Below, piece after piece: positions 1 through 9,253 of a stretch of DNA of 64,000 nt. The notes beneath the pieces are model-generated. The model made no database searches. It saw only the letters and a program-made list of their open reading frames with translations, and had not been told where the DNA came from. Origin of the DNA: Candidatus Latescibacterota bacterium (GTDB lineage: Bacteria > Latescibacterota > UBA2968 > UBA8231); NCBI GenBank assembly GCA_964291625.2, contig OZ220089.1, positions 1,632,001 to 1,696,000 of the forward strand, written 5' to 3'. Position numbers and translations under genes: made by a program. Position 1 is the first letter of the stretch; every line of letters begins with the position of its first letter.

Positions 1-575
1 CGGTGGCCGAAGACCGTCTGGTCGCGGTCCTGCGGGCCGCTGCCCGAGATGAGCAGGACAGAGGGGAAAGGGCCCTCACCCGGCGGCAGAGTCAGGGTGC
101 CGGCGAGGGTGACGGGACCGCTCCGGAAGCTGACCTCCTCGGTTCTGTACGGATACGGGGGACGCGGCTCCTGGGGCCGGGCCGGCTCGGCGGCGGCCTC
201 CCGCGAAAGGCGGAAGCCGAAGGCGGCGGCGCCCTGGGTGAAGCGGCCTGTGATGACGCCTCCGTCGAGGGTGCCCCGGAAGGTCGGGTTGCCCGGAACG
301 CCCCGGATCGAGAAGGTGACCTGGGAGGCGTCTTCGCGGACCTCGATCGCCTCCAGCGGGAGGCCGGCTGCACCCTGGGCGGGGATGTCGATCGACCCGC
401 TCCAGATCCCGGCGTTGCTCTCGAGATCGACCTTCACCACCAGGGGCTGGCCGGGGATCTCGATCTCTCCCTCCCAGTGGCCGGCGATCCTCTCGTCGCC
501 GGAGACGGTTGCCGCCAACAGCAGCGCGGTGGCCGCAAGGAGCGTCAGCCCACGCAAACTACTGCTTGCGCCCAT
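1..575 (-). CDS. Secreted alpha/beta-fold hydrolase (runs off window start)
   Basis: Not in the ORF track; translated manually from ATG 575: MGASSSLRGLTLLAATALLLAATVSG (signal peptide)...RPQEPRPPYPYRTEEVSF...TLAGTLTLPPGEGPFPSVLLISGSGPQDRDQTVFGH, typical of a secreted alpha/beta hydrolase family. Confidence 0.85.
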   Translation of the reverse strand, partial: MGASSSLRGLTLLAATALLLAATVSGDERIAGHWEGEIEIPGQPLVVKVDLESNAGIWSGSIDIPAQGAAGLPLEAIEVREDASQVTFSIRGVPGNPTFRGTLDGGVITGRFTQGAAAFGFRLSREAAAEPARPQEPRPPYPYRTEEVSFRSGPVTLAGTLTLPPGEGPFPSVLLISGSGPQDRDQTVFGH

Positions 576-806
576 ATTGTCTGATCAAGCGCCGCAATGC
601 TGCCCGGCGCATCCAGAGCCTGACCCTGCCACTCGGTTGTATCCTCGCAATGAAGGGGCCTGGCACTCCTCGTCCGTCGCGTCAATCGGGAATTCCTCGT
701 CATGGGCAATCGCGGAGGCCCCGGACTGCCTCAAGGCTTCGACGACCCGGCATCCTCCCAGCGAACGGTCGACGAAGAACACACCGCCCGCGGACTGAGG
801 AGTCAT
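559..806 (-). pseudogene. VapC45-like PIN-domain toxin with internal deletion and frameshift
   Basis: N-terminus FFVDRSLG...EALR..G..AIAHDEEF..DATDEE is VapC45-like. At 663/664 it jumps to another frame reading PGPFIARIQPSGRVRLW...KQ*. The central segment is missing. ATGA overlap with the DUF433 gene. Confidence 0.7.
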
Positions 807-1481
807 GCGGCTTGAGCCGGCAGCTCACTCCGGATCGCTTCCTCCACCAACTGGCGTCCCAGACCGTAGTCCGAAACAAGGTCATCCATGGATTCACCGG
901 CCTTGTACCGCTCCGCAACGATCTCGGTAGAAATGCCAGTGCCGATAATGCTGGGCCGTCCGAAACACATTCGGGGATCGATGACCACCACACGAGGTCC
1001 ATCCGCATGACCTGGACGCGTGAAGGGAAAGAGCCGTAGAGCGACACCAGCCATGTCCCGATCGACCCGCCGCAGATATGCCTCCAGGACTTCGCGCATG
1101 GCGAGTTGGCCGGACTGCGAGAGGTTCACCAAGTCAGCTTCATCCAACCAGCGGACAAACAAGTCGATGCCGTTCGTATGAAACTCGACAGCTGCCAACG
1201 GGTTCGGCTGACCCAATTGCTCCTGGAGGAATTTCGAGCGCTCTGCGCACTCTCTGAAGAGGAACCCCATGCACTCTGCGGATTGCCGACAGGACGTGAA
1301 TCTCTACGACGTTGATGAAGGACATCTCACTCGAGGCTGGATCCGGTCGCGAGATCGGCGGACGAAAGCCACCCTGCCCTCGAACCCAGGCGCGCACCGT
1401 GCTCCGCGGGAGCCCGAGATACGAGGAGACTTCGGCCACGGTATAGGTGGGCGTGTGTCTGTGGTCTTCACCAATCGGCAT
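803..1481 (-). CDS. DUF433/VapB45-like antitoxin with N-terminal HTH, interrupted by a +1 frameshift
   Basis: N-half MPIGEDHRHTPTYTVAEVSSYLGLPRSTVRAW...SFINVVEIHVL...VRRALE from ATG 1481. C-half FLQEQLG...IDPRMCFGRPSIIGTGISTEIVAERYKAGES..DLVSDY. One extra base in the run at 1232-1234 separates the frames. Confidence 0.8.
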
Positions 1482-1525
1482 CGTCGAAAGCCTCCTCGGG
1501 GAGAATAAACGGACCGCCCCTCCCC

Positions 1526-2569
1526 TCAGCCATACACCGGGTCCCGGCGTCCCCAGGCGTTGTCGCGCACGACGACGTGCTCCTCGAAGCGGAGGGCGCC
1601 GGCCTCGCTGCGGTGGTGGAACCAGTTGTGCTCGATCACGGCCCGGTCCTCGGGGGTGCCGCGGATCACCACGGCGCGCCGGCCGGGGACGCGGAAGGTG
1701 TTGTGGTGGACGTGCATCCAGCCGCCCGCCACGTCCGTGCCGTCCTTGCGGTCTCGGCCGCCGTGCATGTCGAAACAGTGGCTGAGGCTGCGCCCCATCT
1801 CGACGTTGTTGCGCGCCTCGTACCCCGAGCCGGGGCGCCCGGAGCCGGCGATGGAGTGGCGGTTGGCGTCGAAGAGGTTGCCCTCGATCAGGGACCCGGC
1901 GCGGTCGTGGCTGACGCCGTACCCGAGACCCTGGTACTGGTTGTGGTGGATGAAGCAGTGCTGCACGCGGTGGCCGTCGCCGCCCGCGAGGTAGACGGCG
2001 CCGTGGCTCCAGCCCGCCAGCTCGCAGTTGTCGACGCGCAGCCGCGATTCCTCCGTCTGGACACCGTCGGAGGTTGGGAACTTGTAGTAGTAGCCGTGGC
2101 CGCCGTGGCCTTCGCGGAAGGAGCGGTCGTGGTGCTCCAGGCACTGGCGCGGATTCGGCCCCTGGAGCCGCAGGCCGGTGACGCGCGCGTCCGCGCCCGT
2201 GACCCGGATCAGGGGCCGGGTGGCGAAGGTGTCGGAGCGGATCAGCCCACCGGGCGCGCCCTTGATGCCGCGGTCGCTGGCCAGGGTCACGCCGCCGGGC
2301 AGCTCCAGGACCAGCTCCTCCACGTAGACCCGCTCCGTGCACTCGATGACGGCGTCGCCCGCCACGTACACGGTGTCGCCGGAGCGGGCGCTGGCCAGGG
2401 CCTCCAACAGCTCGTCGAGGTGGCGCACCGGCGAGCCGGTGGGGCGCACCACCTCCCGGTAGCCGGCGCCGCCGCCGAGGGGGTAGCCGCGGGTCCCGGC
2501 AGCGCCGCAGGCTCGTCGGCCCCGGCCGGTGCGGGTCGGTCCTTGGACGGTGGATCGGGCGTTGAACAT
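1526..2569 (-). CDS. Right-handed parallel beta-helix (pectin-lyase-like) protein, copy 1
   Basis: Repeating beta-helix turns (VDNCELAGW, HCFIHHN, LIEGNLF, YEARNN, HVHHNTF, IEHNWF); GGAGGAGG RBS; close paralog at 9254-10294. Confidence 0.75.
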   Translation of the reverse strand: MFNARSTVQGPTRTGRGRRACGAAGTRGYPLGGGAGYREVVRPTGSPVRHLDELLEALASARSGDTVYVAGDAVIECTERVYVEELVLELPGGVTLASDRGIKGAPGGLIRSDTFATRPLIRVTGADARVTGLRLQGPNPRQCLEHHDRSFREGHGGHGYYYKFPTSDGVQTEESRLRVDNCELAGWSHGAVYLAGGDGHRVQHCFIHHNQYQGLGYGVSHDRAGSLIEGNLFDANRHSIAGSGRPGSGYEARNNVEMGRSLSHCFDMHGGRDRKDGTDVAGGWMHVHHNTFRVPGRRAVVIRGTPEDRAVIEHNWFHHRSEAGALRFEEHVVVRDNAWGRRDPVYG

Positions 2570-2682
2570 GGGGAACCTCCTCCTGTTCGATGCGGCGACA
2601 AGCGTACGGCTCTGGCGGGAGAACCGGCAAGCCGCTAGGGTAATCCGCCCCTGACAACCGATCCCCCCGAAAGGAGCTCACC

Positions 2683-4236
2683 TTGGGCGACGCTGACGAG
2701 CGGCTGGCGGTCCTGCCGTTCCTCGACGGAGACACGGACAGCGGCAACATCTACGAGGCCATCGGCGTGGAGCCGATCATCAACTGCCGCGGCACCTTCA
2801 CCATCCTCGGCGGCTCGGTGGAGCTGGCGGAGGTGGTGGCCGCCATGGACGCCGCCCACGGCTGGTTCGCGCAGTACGACGAGCTGGCCGAGGCGGTGGG
2901 CCGGCGCCTGGCCGCGGTCACCGGCGCCGAGTGGGGGCTGATCTCGGCGGGCTGCGCCGCCGGCCTCAAGCACGTGACCACGGCCTGCGTCACCGGCGGC
3001 AGTCCGGAGCGCCTGATCCGGGTGCCCAACCTCGAAGGCTTCGACAAGACCCAGGTGATCCTGCCCCGCACCTCGCGCACGGCCTACGATCACGCCCTGC
3101 GCGTGGTCGGCGTCGAACTGGTGATGGTGGACACGGCGGAGGAGATGGAGCGCGCCGTCAACCCGCGCACGGCGATGATCTACGTGGTCACCGGCCCCGC
3201 CACCGACCCCGGGCAGCCCCTGTCCCTGGAGGTGATCGCCGAGATCGCCCGGCCGAGGGAGATCCCCATCCTGGCCGACGCCGCCGCCGAGAACCTGACC
3301 ATCCCCTGCGTGCACCTGGAGCGGGGCGCCACGGTGGCGGCCTACAGCGGCGGCAAGGCCCTGTGCGGCCCCCAGTGCGCCGGCCTCGTCCTCGGGCGCA
3401 AGGACCTGCTCATGGCGGCCTGGCAGGCGAGCGCTCCCCACCACGGCCCCGGACGCTCGGAGAAGATCGGCAAGGAGGAGATCCTGGGGATGCTGGCCGC
3501 GGTCGAGGCCTGGGTGCGGCGCGACCACGAGGCCGAGTGGCAGGAGTGGCTCGGGATCCTGGACCGGATCTCGGGATCGGTGGCGGAGATCGACACCGTC
3601 GCCTGCCGCGTCGACGACCCGGCGGGGATGTCCAACCGGGCGCCGGCCCTGACCATCAGCTGGGACCCGGGGGCCCTGAACATCACCGGCGAGGAGGTGG
3701 CCGAGGACTTCGCCCGAAAGAGGCCGCGCATCGCCGTGGGAGCCGCCGACTCGGGGGAGAGGGCCGGCATCCGCATCAACCCCAGTCAGATGCAGCCCGG
3801 CGACGAGGAGGTGGTGATCGACCGCATCCGCCGCATCCTCGCCGAGCCGCGGGGCCCGCGACCGGACGGGCTGGAGCCGGCCGCCGTGGACGTCAGCGGC
3901 CGGTGGGACCTCGACGTCGACTACTTCACCAGCACGAGCCGCCACCGGCTGACGATCGCCCAGGACGGCAACTGGATCGAGGGCTCCCACCAGAGCGAGT
4001 TCTCGGTGCAGGACCTGTCCGGCGTCGTCGAGGGGGACGAGGTGCGGCTGAGCAGCGCCGTGAGCAGACCGGGGGACAACGTGCCCTTCCTGTTCTCGGG
4101 ACGGGCCGAGGGGGAGGAGATCTCGGGTACGATTCACCTCGGGGAGTACCTCACCGCCCGGTTCACCGCCGTCCGTACGGGCCCTCGCGCGCGGCGGCCC
4201 ATCTCCATCCCCGGCGGCCCTCCGCTGGCGACCTGA
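2683..4236 (+). CDS. SelA/DgaE-like PLP-dependent enzyme with C-terminal beta-rich extension
   Basis: IGVEPIINCRGTFTILGGS, ILADAAAE and YSGGKALCGPQ (PLP lysine); AGGAG RBS before TTG. Confidence 0.8.
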   Translation: MGDADERLAVLPFLDGDTDSGNIYEAIGVEPIINCRGTFTILGGSVELAEVVAAMDAAHGWFAQYDELAEAVGRRLAAVTGAEWGLISAGCAAGLKHVTTACVTGGSPERLIRVPNLEGFDKTQVILPRTSRTAYDHALRVVGVELVMVDTAEEMERAVNPRTAMIYVVTGPATDPGQPLSLEVIAEIARPREIPILADAAAENLTIPCVHLERGATVAAYSGGKALCGPQCAGLVLGRKDLLMAAWQASAPHHGPGRSEKIGKEEILGMLAAVEAWVRRDHEAEWQEWLGILDRISGSVAEIDTVACRVDDPAGMSNRAPALTISWDPGALNITGEEVAEDFARKRPRIAVGAADSGERAGIRINPSQMQPGDEEVVIDRIRRILAEPRGPRPDGLEPAAVDVSGRWDLDVDYFTSTSRHRLTIAQDGNWIEGSHQSEFSVQDLSGVVEGDEVRLSSAVSRPGDNVPFLFSGRAEGEEISGTIHLGEYLTARFTAVRTGPRARRPISIPGGPPLAT

Positions 4237-4239
4237 GCC

Positions 4240-4818
4240 ATGAACAGTGTCCAGGCGGATATGCATGTCATGACAACTGTCGTATTCATGTTCGACATTG
4301 TCGCATTGTTTCTGCTGCTGACCGGAATCGTCTGGTCCGTAGTCCAGCCCGGCCGCCGGATCTGGCCTCCGCCGGGGCGCCGCTCCTGGCAGTATGTCCT
4401 GACCTGGATCTGCACCTCCGCGGCTGTCGGGCTCAACGTGGCCCTGTTGCTTCTCGACTGGAATTCCTGGGTCTTCGGGGGAGCCCTCCGGTTTCTCGTC
4501 GGCATCCCTCTGGCTCTGGTGGGAGGACTGCTGGCGATCTGGGGAATCGTCACGATCGGCTGGAAGAACTCGTCGGGCGTGAGGGACGGCTTCAGTACCT
4601 CCGGCCCTTACCGGTTCACCAGAAACCCGCAGTACCTCGGCGACAACGTGCTCTTCCTGGGACTGAGCATCGTCGCCAACTCGGAACTCCTTTGGATCAC
4701 CCACGCTCTGCTCACCCTGGTGTTCATCATCGCGCCCCTGAGTGAGGAGGTGTGGCTGAAGGAGCAATACGGCGAGGAGTACGAACGGTATCGGCGAGAC
4801 ACGCCGCGATTCTTGTGA
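4240..4818 (+). CDS. Isoprenylcysteine carboxyl methyltransferase / PEMT-family membrane protein
   Basis: Several TM helices; GPYRFTRNPQYLG and EEVWLKEQYGEEYERYRRDTPRFL motifs. Confidence 0.85.
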   Translation: MNSVQADMHVMTTVVFMFDIVALFLLLTGIVWSVVQPGRRIWPPPGRRSWQYVLTWICTSAAVGLNVALLLLDWNSWVFGGALRFLVGIPLALVGGLLAIWGIVTIGWKNSSGVRDGFSTSGPYRFTRNPQYLGDNVLFLGLSIVANSELLWITHALLTLVFIIAPLSEEVWLKEQYGEEYERYRRDTPRFL

Positions 4819-4831
4819 GCATCGAGAAGCC

Positions 4832-6223
4832 ATGAACGTCATCGTCCTCGTGAGCGACACCTTCCGCTACGACTACCTGGGGTGCAACGGCAACGACTGG
4901 ATCGGCACGGCGGCCCTCGACCGTTTCGCCGGGCGCGCCGTCTGCTTCGACCGCCACTACCTGTCGAGCTTCCCCACCATCCCCAACCGCACCGACCTGT
5001 TCACCGGCCGCTACAGCTTCCCCTTCCACGGCTGGAAACCCCTCGACCCGGAGATCCCGGTGCTGAGCACGATCTTCGGCGCCGCCGGGTACCAGAGCCA
5101 GCTCATCTGCGACACCCCGCACCTGATGAAGGGGGTCCACCACTTCGACCGGGGCTTCGACGGGGCGCACTGGATCCGCGGCCAGGAGGGAGACAAGCCG
5201 CTGCTCAAGGGCAACCTGCCGCCGCGCCTGGAGGTGGACGGCGCCAAGACCCGCGTCGACCCGCACATGGCGAAGACGCGCTTCGGCAACCTGGCCACCC
5301 AGCACTCGTGGACCAACCGCGACTGGGCCTGGGAGGAGGACCGCTTCTGCGCGCGCACGGCGCGGACGGTGAGCCGCTGGCTGGAGGAGAACCGCGGCTG
5401 CGAGCCCTTCCTGCTGTGGGTCGACTTCTTCGACGCCCACGAGCCGTGGGACCCGCCGGAGCATCTCGTGGCCCGCTACGACAGCTCCGGGTACGACGGC
5501 CCTCCGATGATCCACCCCAACTACGGCCCGGCGTCGGTCTACCCCTCACAGGAGCTGGCCAACCTGCAGGCCCACTACGCCGCCGAGATCTACCTGGTCA
5601 ACAAGTGGATCGGCTACGTGCTCGACAAGATCGAGGAGTTGGGGTTGTTCGAGGACAGCGTCGTCGTCTTCACATCGGACCACGGGATGTTCGTCGGCGA
5701 GCACGACCGCACCGGCAAGTCGAACATCCACCCCCAGGACGACCGCGTCTGGCCCCTGTACGAGGAGATCAGCCGCATCCCGCTGATGATCGCCGCCCCC
5801 GGCGCCGCGGGCGGACGGCGCGTCGGCGCCCTGACGCAGTCGGTGGACCTGCTGCCGACGCTGACGGCCCTGACCGGTGTCGATCCGGACGCCCTGGAGA
5901 TGCACGGCCACTCGCTGGCGCCGCTGCTGAACGGGTCCGCCCCGTGGCCGCGGAAGTACGCCTTCAGCTCCACCTTCATCCGCAACGGCGGGCCCACCGT
6001 GACCGGCGAGGGCTGGACCTGGCTGGCCCATGGCGAGCACGGCGGCGCGCCCGAGCTCTACGACCTGCAGGCCGACCCCCGGCAGCAGGAGAACGTGATC
6101 GGCGCGCACCCGGAGGTGGCCCGGCGCATGCGGCAGGCCCTGGCGGAGTTCCTCGACGAGGTGGAGACGCCCGAGGAGAACCGCGCGCTCCTGGGACCTG
6201 TGGGCGGGCCTGACTACGGCTGA
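4832..6223 (+). CDS. Sulfatase-like hydrolase (alkaline phosphatase superfamily)
   Basis: NVIVLVSDTFRYD, TIPNR-TDLFTG, FFDAHEPW, VFTSDHG, ELYDL.ADP...N motifs. Confidence 0.9.
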   Translation: MNVIVLVSDTFRYDYLGCNGNDWIGTAALDRFAGRAVCFDRHYLSSFPTIPNRTDLFTGRYSFPFHGWKPLDPEIPVLSTIFGAAGYQSQLICDTPHLMKGVHHFDRGFDGAHWIRGQEGDKPLLKGNLPPRLEVDGAKTRVDPHMAKTRFGNLATQHSWTNRDWAWEEDRFCARTARTVSRWLEENRGCEPFLLWVDFFDAHEPWDPPEHLVARYDSSGYDGPPMIHPNYGPASVYPSQELANLQAHYAAEIYLVNKWIGYVLDKIEELGLFEDSVVVFTSDHGMFVGEHDRTGKSNIHPQDDRVWPLYEEISRIPLMIAAPGAAGGRRVGALTQSVDLLPTLTALTGVDPDALEMHGHSLAPLLNGSAPWPRKYAFSSTFIRNGGPTVTGEGWTWLAHGEHGGAPELYDLQADPRQQENVIGAHPEVARRMRQALAEFLDEVETPEENRALLGPVGGPDYG

Positions 6224-6232
6224 CCGCCGCCG

Positions 6233-6448
6233 CTATCCCGTGAAGAAGTCGAAGATGCTGCCGAGTGTCGAGCTGTCGGCCGCGTAGAGCTCGGTGTAGC
6301 GGCACTGCCCGCAAGTCACAGTCGACAGCTTTCGGCTCTGGACATCGAATATCTTGGACCAGAACCCCCCCGCGGCGCGGATCTCACCGATCTCGCACCC
6401 GGTGTGACGGCACTTGGGGCACTGGAAGCGCAGCTCGGGTGCACTCAT
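6233..6448 (-). CDS. Small zinc-ribbon protein (DUF2082/zinc_ribbon_13-like), 71 aa
   Basis: MSAPELRFQCPKC...SKIFDVQ...VTCGQCRYTELY...IFDFF with two CxxC pairs; start placed at ATG 6448 behind GAGG RBS. Confidence 0.85.
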   Translation of the reverse strand: MSAPELRFQCPKCRHTGCEIGEIRAAGGFWSKIFDVQSRKLSTVTCGQCRYTELYAADSSTLGSIFDFFTG

Positions 6449-6480
6449 GGTGGCCTCGCTGGTTGGGTGGTGCCGTGTCG

Positions 6481-7521
6481 CTACCCTAACTCCGCGACCT
6501 TCACCGGCCTTCCTTCGGCGGCGGCGCGATCGGCGGCGAAGGCCACCCGCGACGACTCGAGGGCGGTCTTCCAGTCGGTGAGCGGCATCGCCTCGTCCTT
6601 GCCGATGGCGTCGACGAAGGCCTGGAACTGCGGCTCGTACGGGTGGTCGCTCACGTCCCCCGAGTCGATGAGCGATGTCTCCAGGGTGCTCCACCGGTCC
6701 TTCACCATCCCCTTCAGCCTCTTCGAGTAGATCCGGTTGTCGAGGAGGCTGCCCTCGCTGCCCACGAGATGGATGTGGAAGTAGTAGGGCTGCAGGCAGT
6801 CGATGCAGGAGGTGACCTTGGCGAGCCTGTCGCCGCCGGCGAACCGCAGGGTGCTCAGGCTGGTGGTGTTGTACTCGTAGGGCGCGAAGTCGGTCCCCTT
6901 CGACTTGACCTGGTGGCTCGACACCTCCTCCACCTTCCCGTCCATGAAGAACAGGCAGGCATCGAGGGCGTGGACGCCGGCGGTGAGAAGTGAGCTGCCG
7001 CCCATCTCCTTCTTGATGTTCCACCCGTACTGTCCGTACCAGGGCCCGATGCCATGGTAGTAGTCGACCTCGGCGTAGTGCAGCTCTCCGAGCAAACCCT
7101 CGTCGATGACCGAGCGGATCATGGTGAAGTGGGCGCTGTAGCGGCACTCGAAGCAGACGCAGACGTTGACCCCCGTCTCGCGGATCGCCTCGCCCATGGC
7201 CACGGCGTCCTCCCAGGTGAGGGAGATCGGCTTCTCGATGATCAGGTGCTTGCCGGCCCGGGCCGCGGCGATCGCCTGCTCGGCGTGGAAGGGGTGCGGG
7301 GTGCAGATGTCGACGACGTCGATGTCGCCGTCGGCCAGCAGGGCGTCGTAGTCGGTGTACGCCTTCAGGGGCGTGCCGAACTGCGCCTCCAGGTCGGCCT
7401 CGTCGTGTTCCCTGCGGGAGCAGATGGCGGTCACGTTCCCGCCTTCCACCGCCTTGAATGCCTCGATGTGGGCGCCGGCCACCCAGCCCAGTCCCACGAT
7501 GCCGACGTTCAGGTCGCTCAT
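6481..7521 (-). CDS. Gfo/Idh/MocA family oxidoreductase
   Basis: [18 protein letters not shown] Rossmann start; [30 protein letters not shown]. Confidence 0.92.
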   Translation of the reverse strand: MSDLNVGIVGLGWVAGAHIEAFKAVEGGNVTAICSRREHDEADLEAQFGTPLKAYTDYDALLADGDIDVVDICTPHPFHAEQAIAAARAGKHLIIEKPISLTWEDAVAMGEAIRETGVNVCVCFECRYSAHFTMIRSVIDEGLLGELHYAEVDYYHGIGPWYGQYGWNIKKEMGGSSLLTAGVHALDACLFFMDGKVEEVSSHQVKSKGTDFAPYEYNTTSLSTLRFAGGDRLAKVTSCIDCLQPYYFHIHLVGSEGSLLDNRIYSKRLKGMVKDRWSTLETSLIDSGDVSDHPYEPQFQAFVDAIGKDEAMPLTDWKTALESSRVAFAADRAAAEGRPVKVAELG

Positions 7522-7534
7522 GATGATCTCTCCG

Positions 7535-9244
7535 TCAGTTGGTGAGTAGCGTCGAGACCGTCGTTGAGGGCGGTCCCTCGTTCGGAGGTTGCCTGTAGTC
7601 CACGGCGGTGACCCGGTAGTGCCAGGCCTCGGATGCCGCATCCCGGTCCACGTACTGGGTCGCGTCCAGCGGATCCTCGTGCAGAGGCCGGAAGGGCCCC
7701 TCCGGCCCTGCCGCGCGATGGACGATGTATCCCCGCAACCCGGTGAGGGCCGTGCCGTCGGCGTCCGCCGCCGGCGGCCGCCAAGAGATCCGCAGGTCCC
7801 TTCCGCTGCAGACCACCCGGGGTTGCAGCGGCGCGCCGGGCGCCCACGTGTCGTGCAACTGCGCGGCCACGGCCAGCATCGCCGCCGTAGCGGCAATATG
7901 GGCCGCCTTCCCCTGGATGGAAACCTCCTTGTCGTAGTACGCGGCCATCGCCTCCCGGATCCGGTAGTCGTACCCGGCCAGGTAGAGGAACCCCCAGCCC
8001 CAATGGCCCCGGGCCTCGTCGAGATCGTTGGGGACGCCGTCCACGTAGTAGGTGAAGGCGGGTTCCTCGAGACTCCCGTTCCAGACCTTGTGGACGAAGG
8101 TGTTGGCCATCCTCACCAGGTCCGTCTCGGTGAAGCTCAGGCCGCTCCGCACCCCCTGCAGCGCCGCCTGGATGTCGATGAATCCATGGCCCACGTCCTC
8201 CATCAGGTCGGGCCAGGCGCTGTTGGGGCCGTACTTCCAGGTGTAGGCGTCCGCCGCCGCGTCGTGCTGCAGCTGATCGTGAAAGAACCGAAGCATCTGC
8301 TCGCTCTGCTCGGCGTAGAACGGCCCGAAGTCCTCCCTGTGGGGCGTGTAGTGGGGCGAGGTCGAGAGACGGCTCAGCGTCACGAGGGCATCGGTGAAGG
8401 AGAGGAACATGTTGAGAGGCTGGTTCTTCCACCCGGACCACTCATACAGGTGGTAGCCGCCGTTCTCGCCAAAGCGGCTGTTGTCCTCTTCGGTCCACCC
8501 CGGGTCCGGCTCCCAGTTGGCCTGCCACTTGGCGATCACGTCCTCTTCCACGATGCGTAGGAACTCGTCGGCCCTGGCCTTGTAGGACGGATGCAGGGCC
8601 GGATCCTGCCAGACCAGCTCGACGAAGGCCACGATGGGGCTGATGATCAGCCCGTCGTCGCTGAACCACTCGGTGTACTCGGGCGTGTACTGGCTGTAGC
8701 GCGCCTGCCCCCAGCCCTTGAACCCGTCCACGTACCGCGGATCGTAGCTCTCGTAGGGCGGCACGTCCGAGCGGGCTTCCAGAACGCGGTCGACCTGGGC
8801 CGCCAGCCTGTCGAGCCAGACCGTCTCGCCGAAGGTCCGGTAGAGGTTCAGGTACATCCGCTGCACGTACCCCGAGGGGGCCCACGCGTAGGTGCCCCCG
8901 TCGCGGCCGTCCAGGTACCGGTCACCGTGCTCTGCGTCCCACTCCACGAAGGCACGGTACCAGTCGGTGGTCGTGGCCGGCACGCTCGGCGCAGGCCCGG
9001 GCCCCGTGAAGGCCGAGGCGAAGAGGAAGAAGTCGGTGAAGTCGATCCGCTCGTCGTCGTCGAGGTCGAACCCGGACCCGAACCCGGGGTCGCCGCTCCG
9101 GGTCCCGAAGGCGGAGACGAAGAGGGCGAAGTCGTCGCGGTCGACGGTCCCGTTGGCGTCGAAGTCGGCGCAGGGACCCGCCGAGGCAGCCATCGCCGCG
9201 CCCGACGCCAGAGCGAAAAGCAGCAGGATGCGAAGGACGACCAC
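7535..9244 (-). CDS. Secreted protein: dockerin/EF-hand pair, helical (alpha/alpha toroid-like) core, C-terminal FN3-like domain
   Basis: Signal peptide; [22 protein letters not shown]...[21 protein letters not shown]; C-terminal LRISW..P...LRGYIVHR...YVD...WHYRVTAVD...NEG..S. Confidence 0.75.
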   Translation of the reverse strand: MVVLRILLLFALASGAAMAASAGPCADFDANGTVDRDDFALFVSAFGTRSGDPGFGSGFDLDDDERIDFTDFFLFASAFTGPGPAPSVPATTTDWYRAFVEWDAEHGDRYLDGRDGGTYAWAPSGYVQRMYLNLYRTFGETVWLDRLAAQVDRVLEARSDVPPYESYDPRYVDGFKGWGQARYSQYTPEYTEWFSDDGLIISPIVAFVELVWQDPALHPSYKARADEFLRIVEEDVIAKWQANWEPDPGWTEEDNSRFGENGGYHLYEWSGWKNQPLNMFLSFTDALVTLSRLSTSPHYTPHREDFGPFYAEQSEQMLRFFHDQLQHDAAADAYTWKYGPNSAWPDLMEDVGHGFIDIQAALQGVRSGLSFTETDLVRMANTFVHKVWNGSLEEPAFTYYVDGVPNDLDEARGHWGWGFLYLAGYDYRIREAMAAYYDKEVSIQGKAAHIAATAAMLAVAAQLHDTWAPGAPLQPRVVCSGRDLRISWRPPAADADGTALTGLRGYIVHRAAGPEGPFRPLHEDPLDATQYVDRDAASEAWHYRVTAVDYRQPPNEGPPSTTVSTLLTN

Positions 9245-9253
9245 GCCGAGACC

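Noticed and set aside
1482-2750. Long N-terminal part of ORF 1140-2750
   Set aside because: Alternative frame of the beta-helix gene; only the part from ATG 1481 is the antitoxin N-terminus
2683-4236. Calling this gene selA
   Set aside because: No sel context and a different architecture; SelA-like homologs without a Sec role are common
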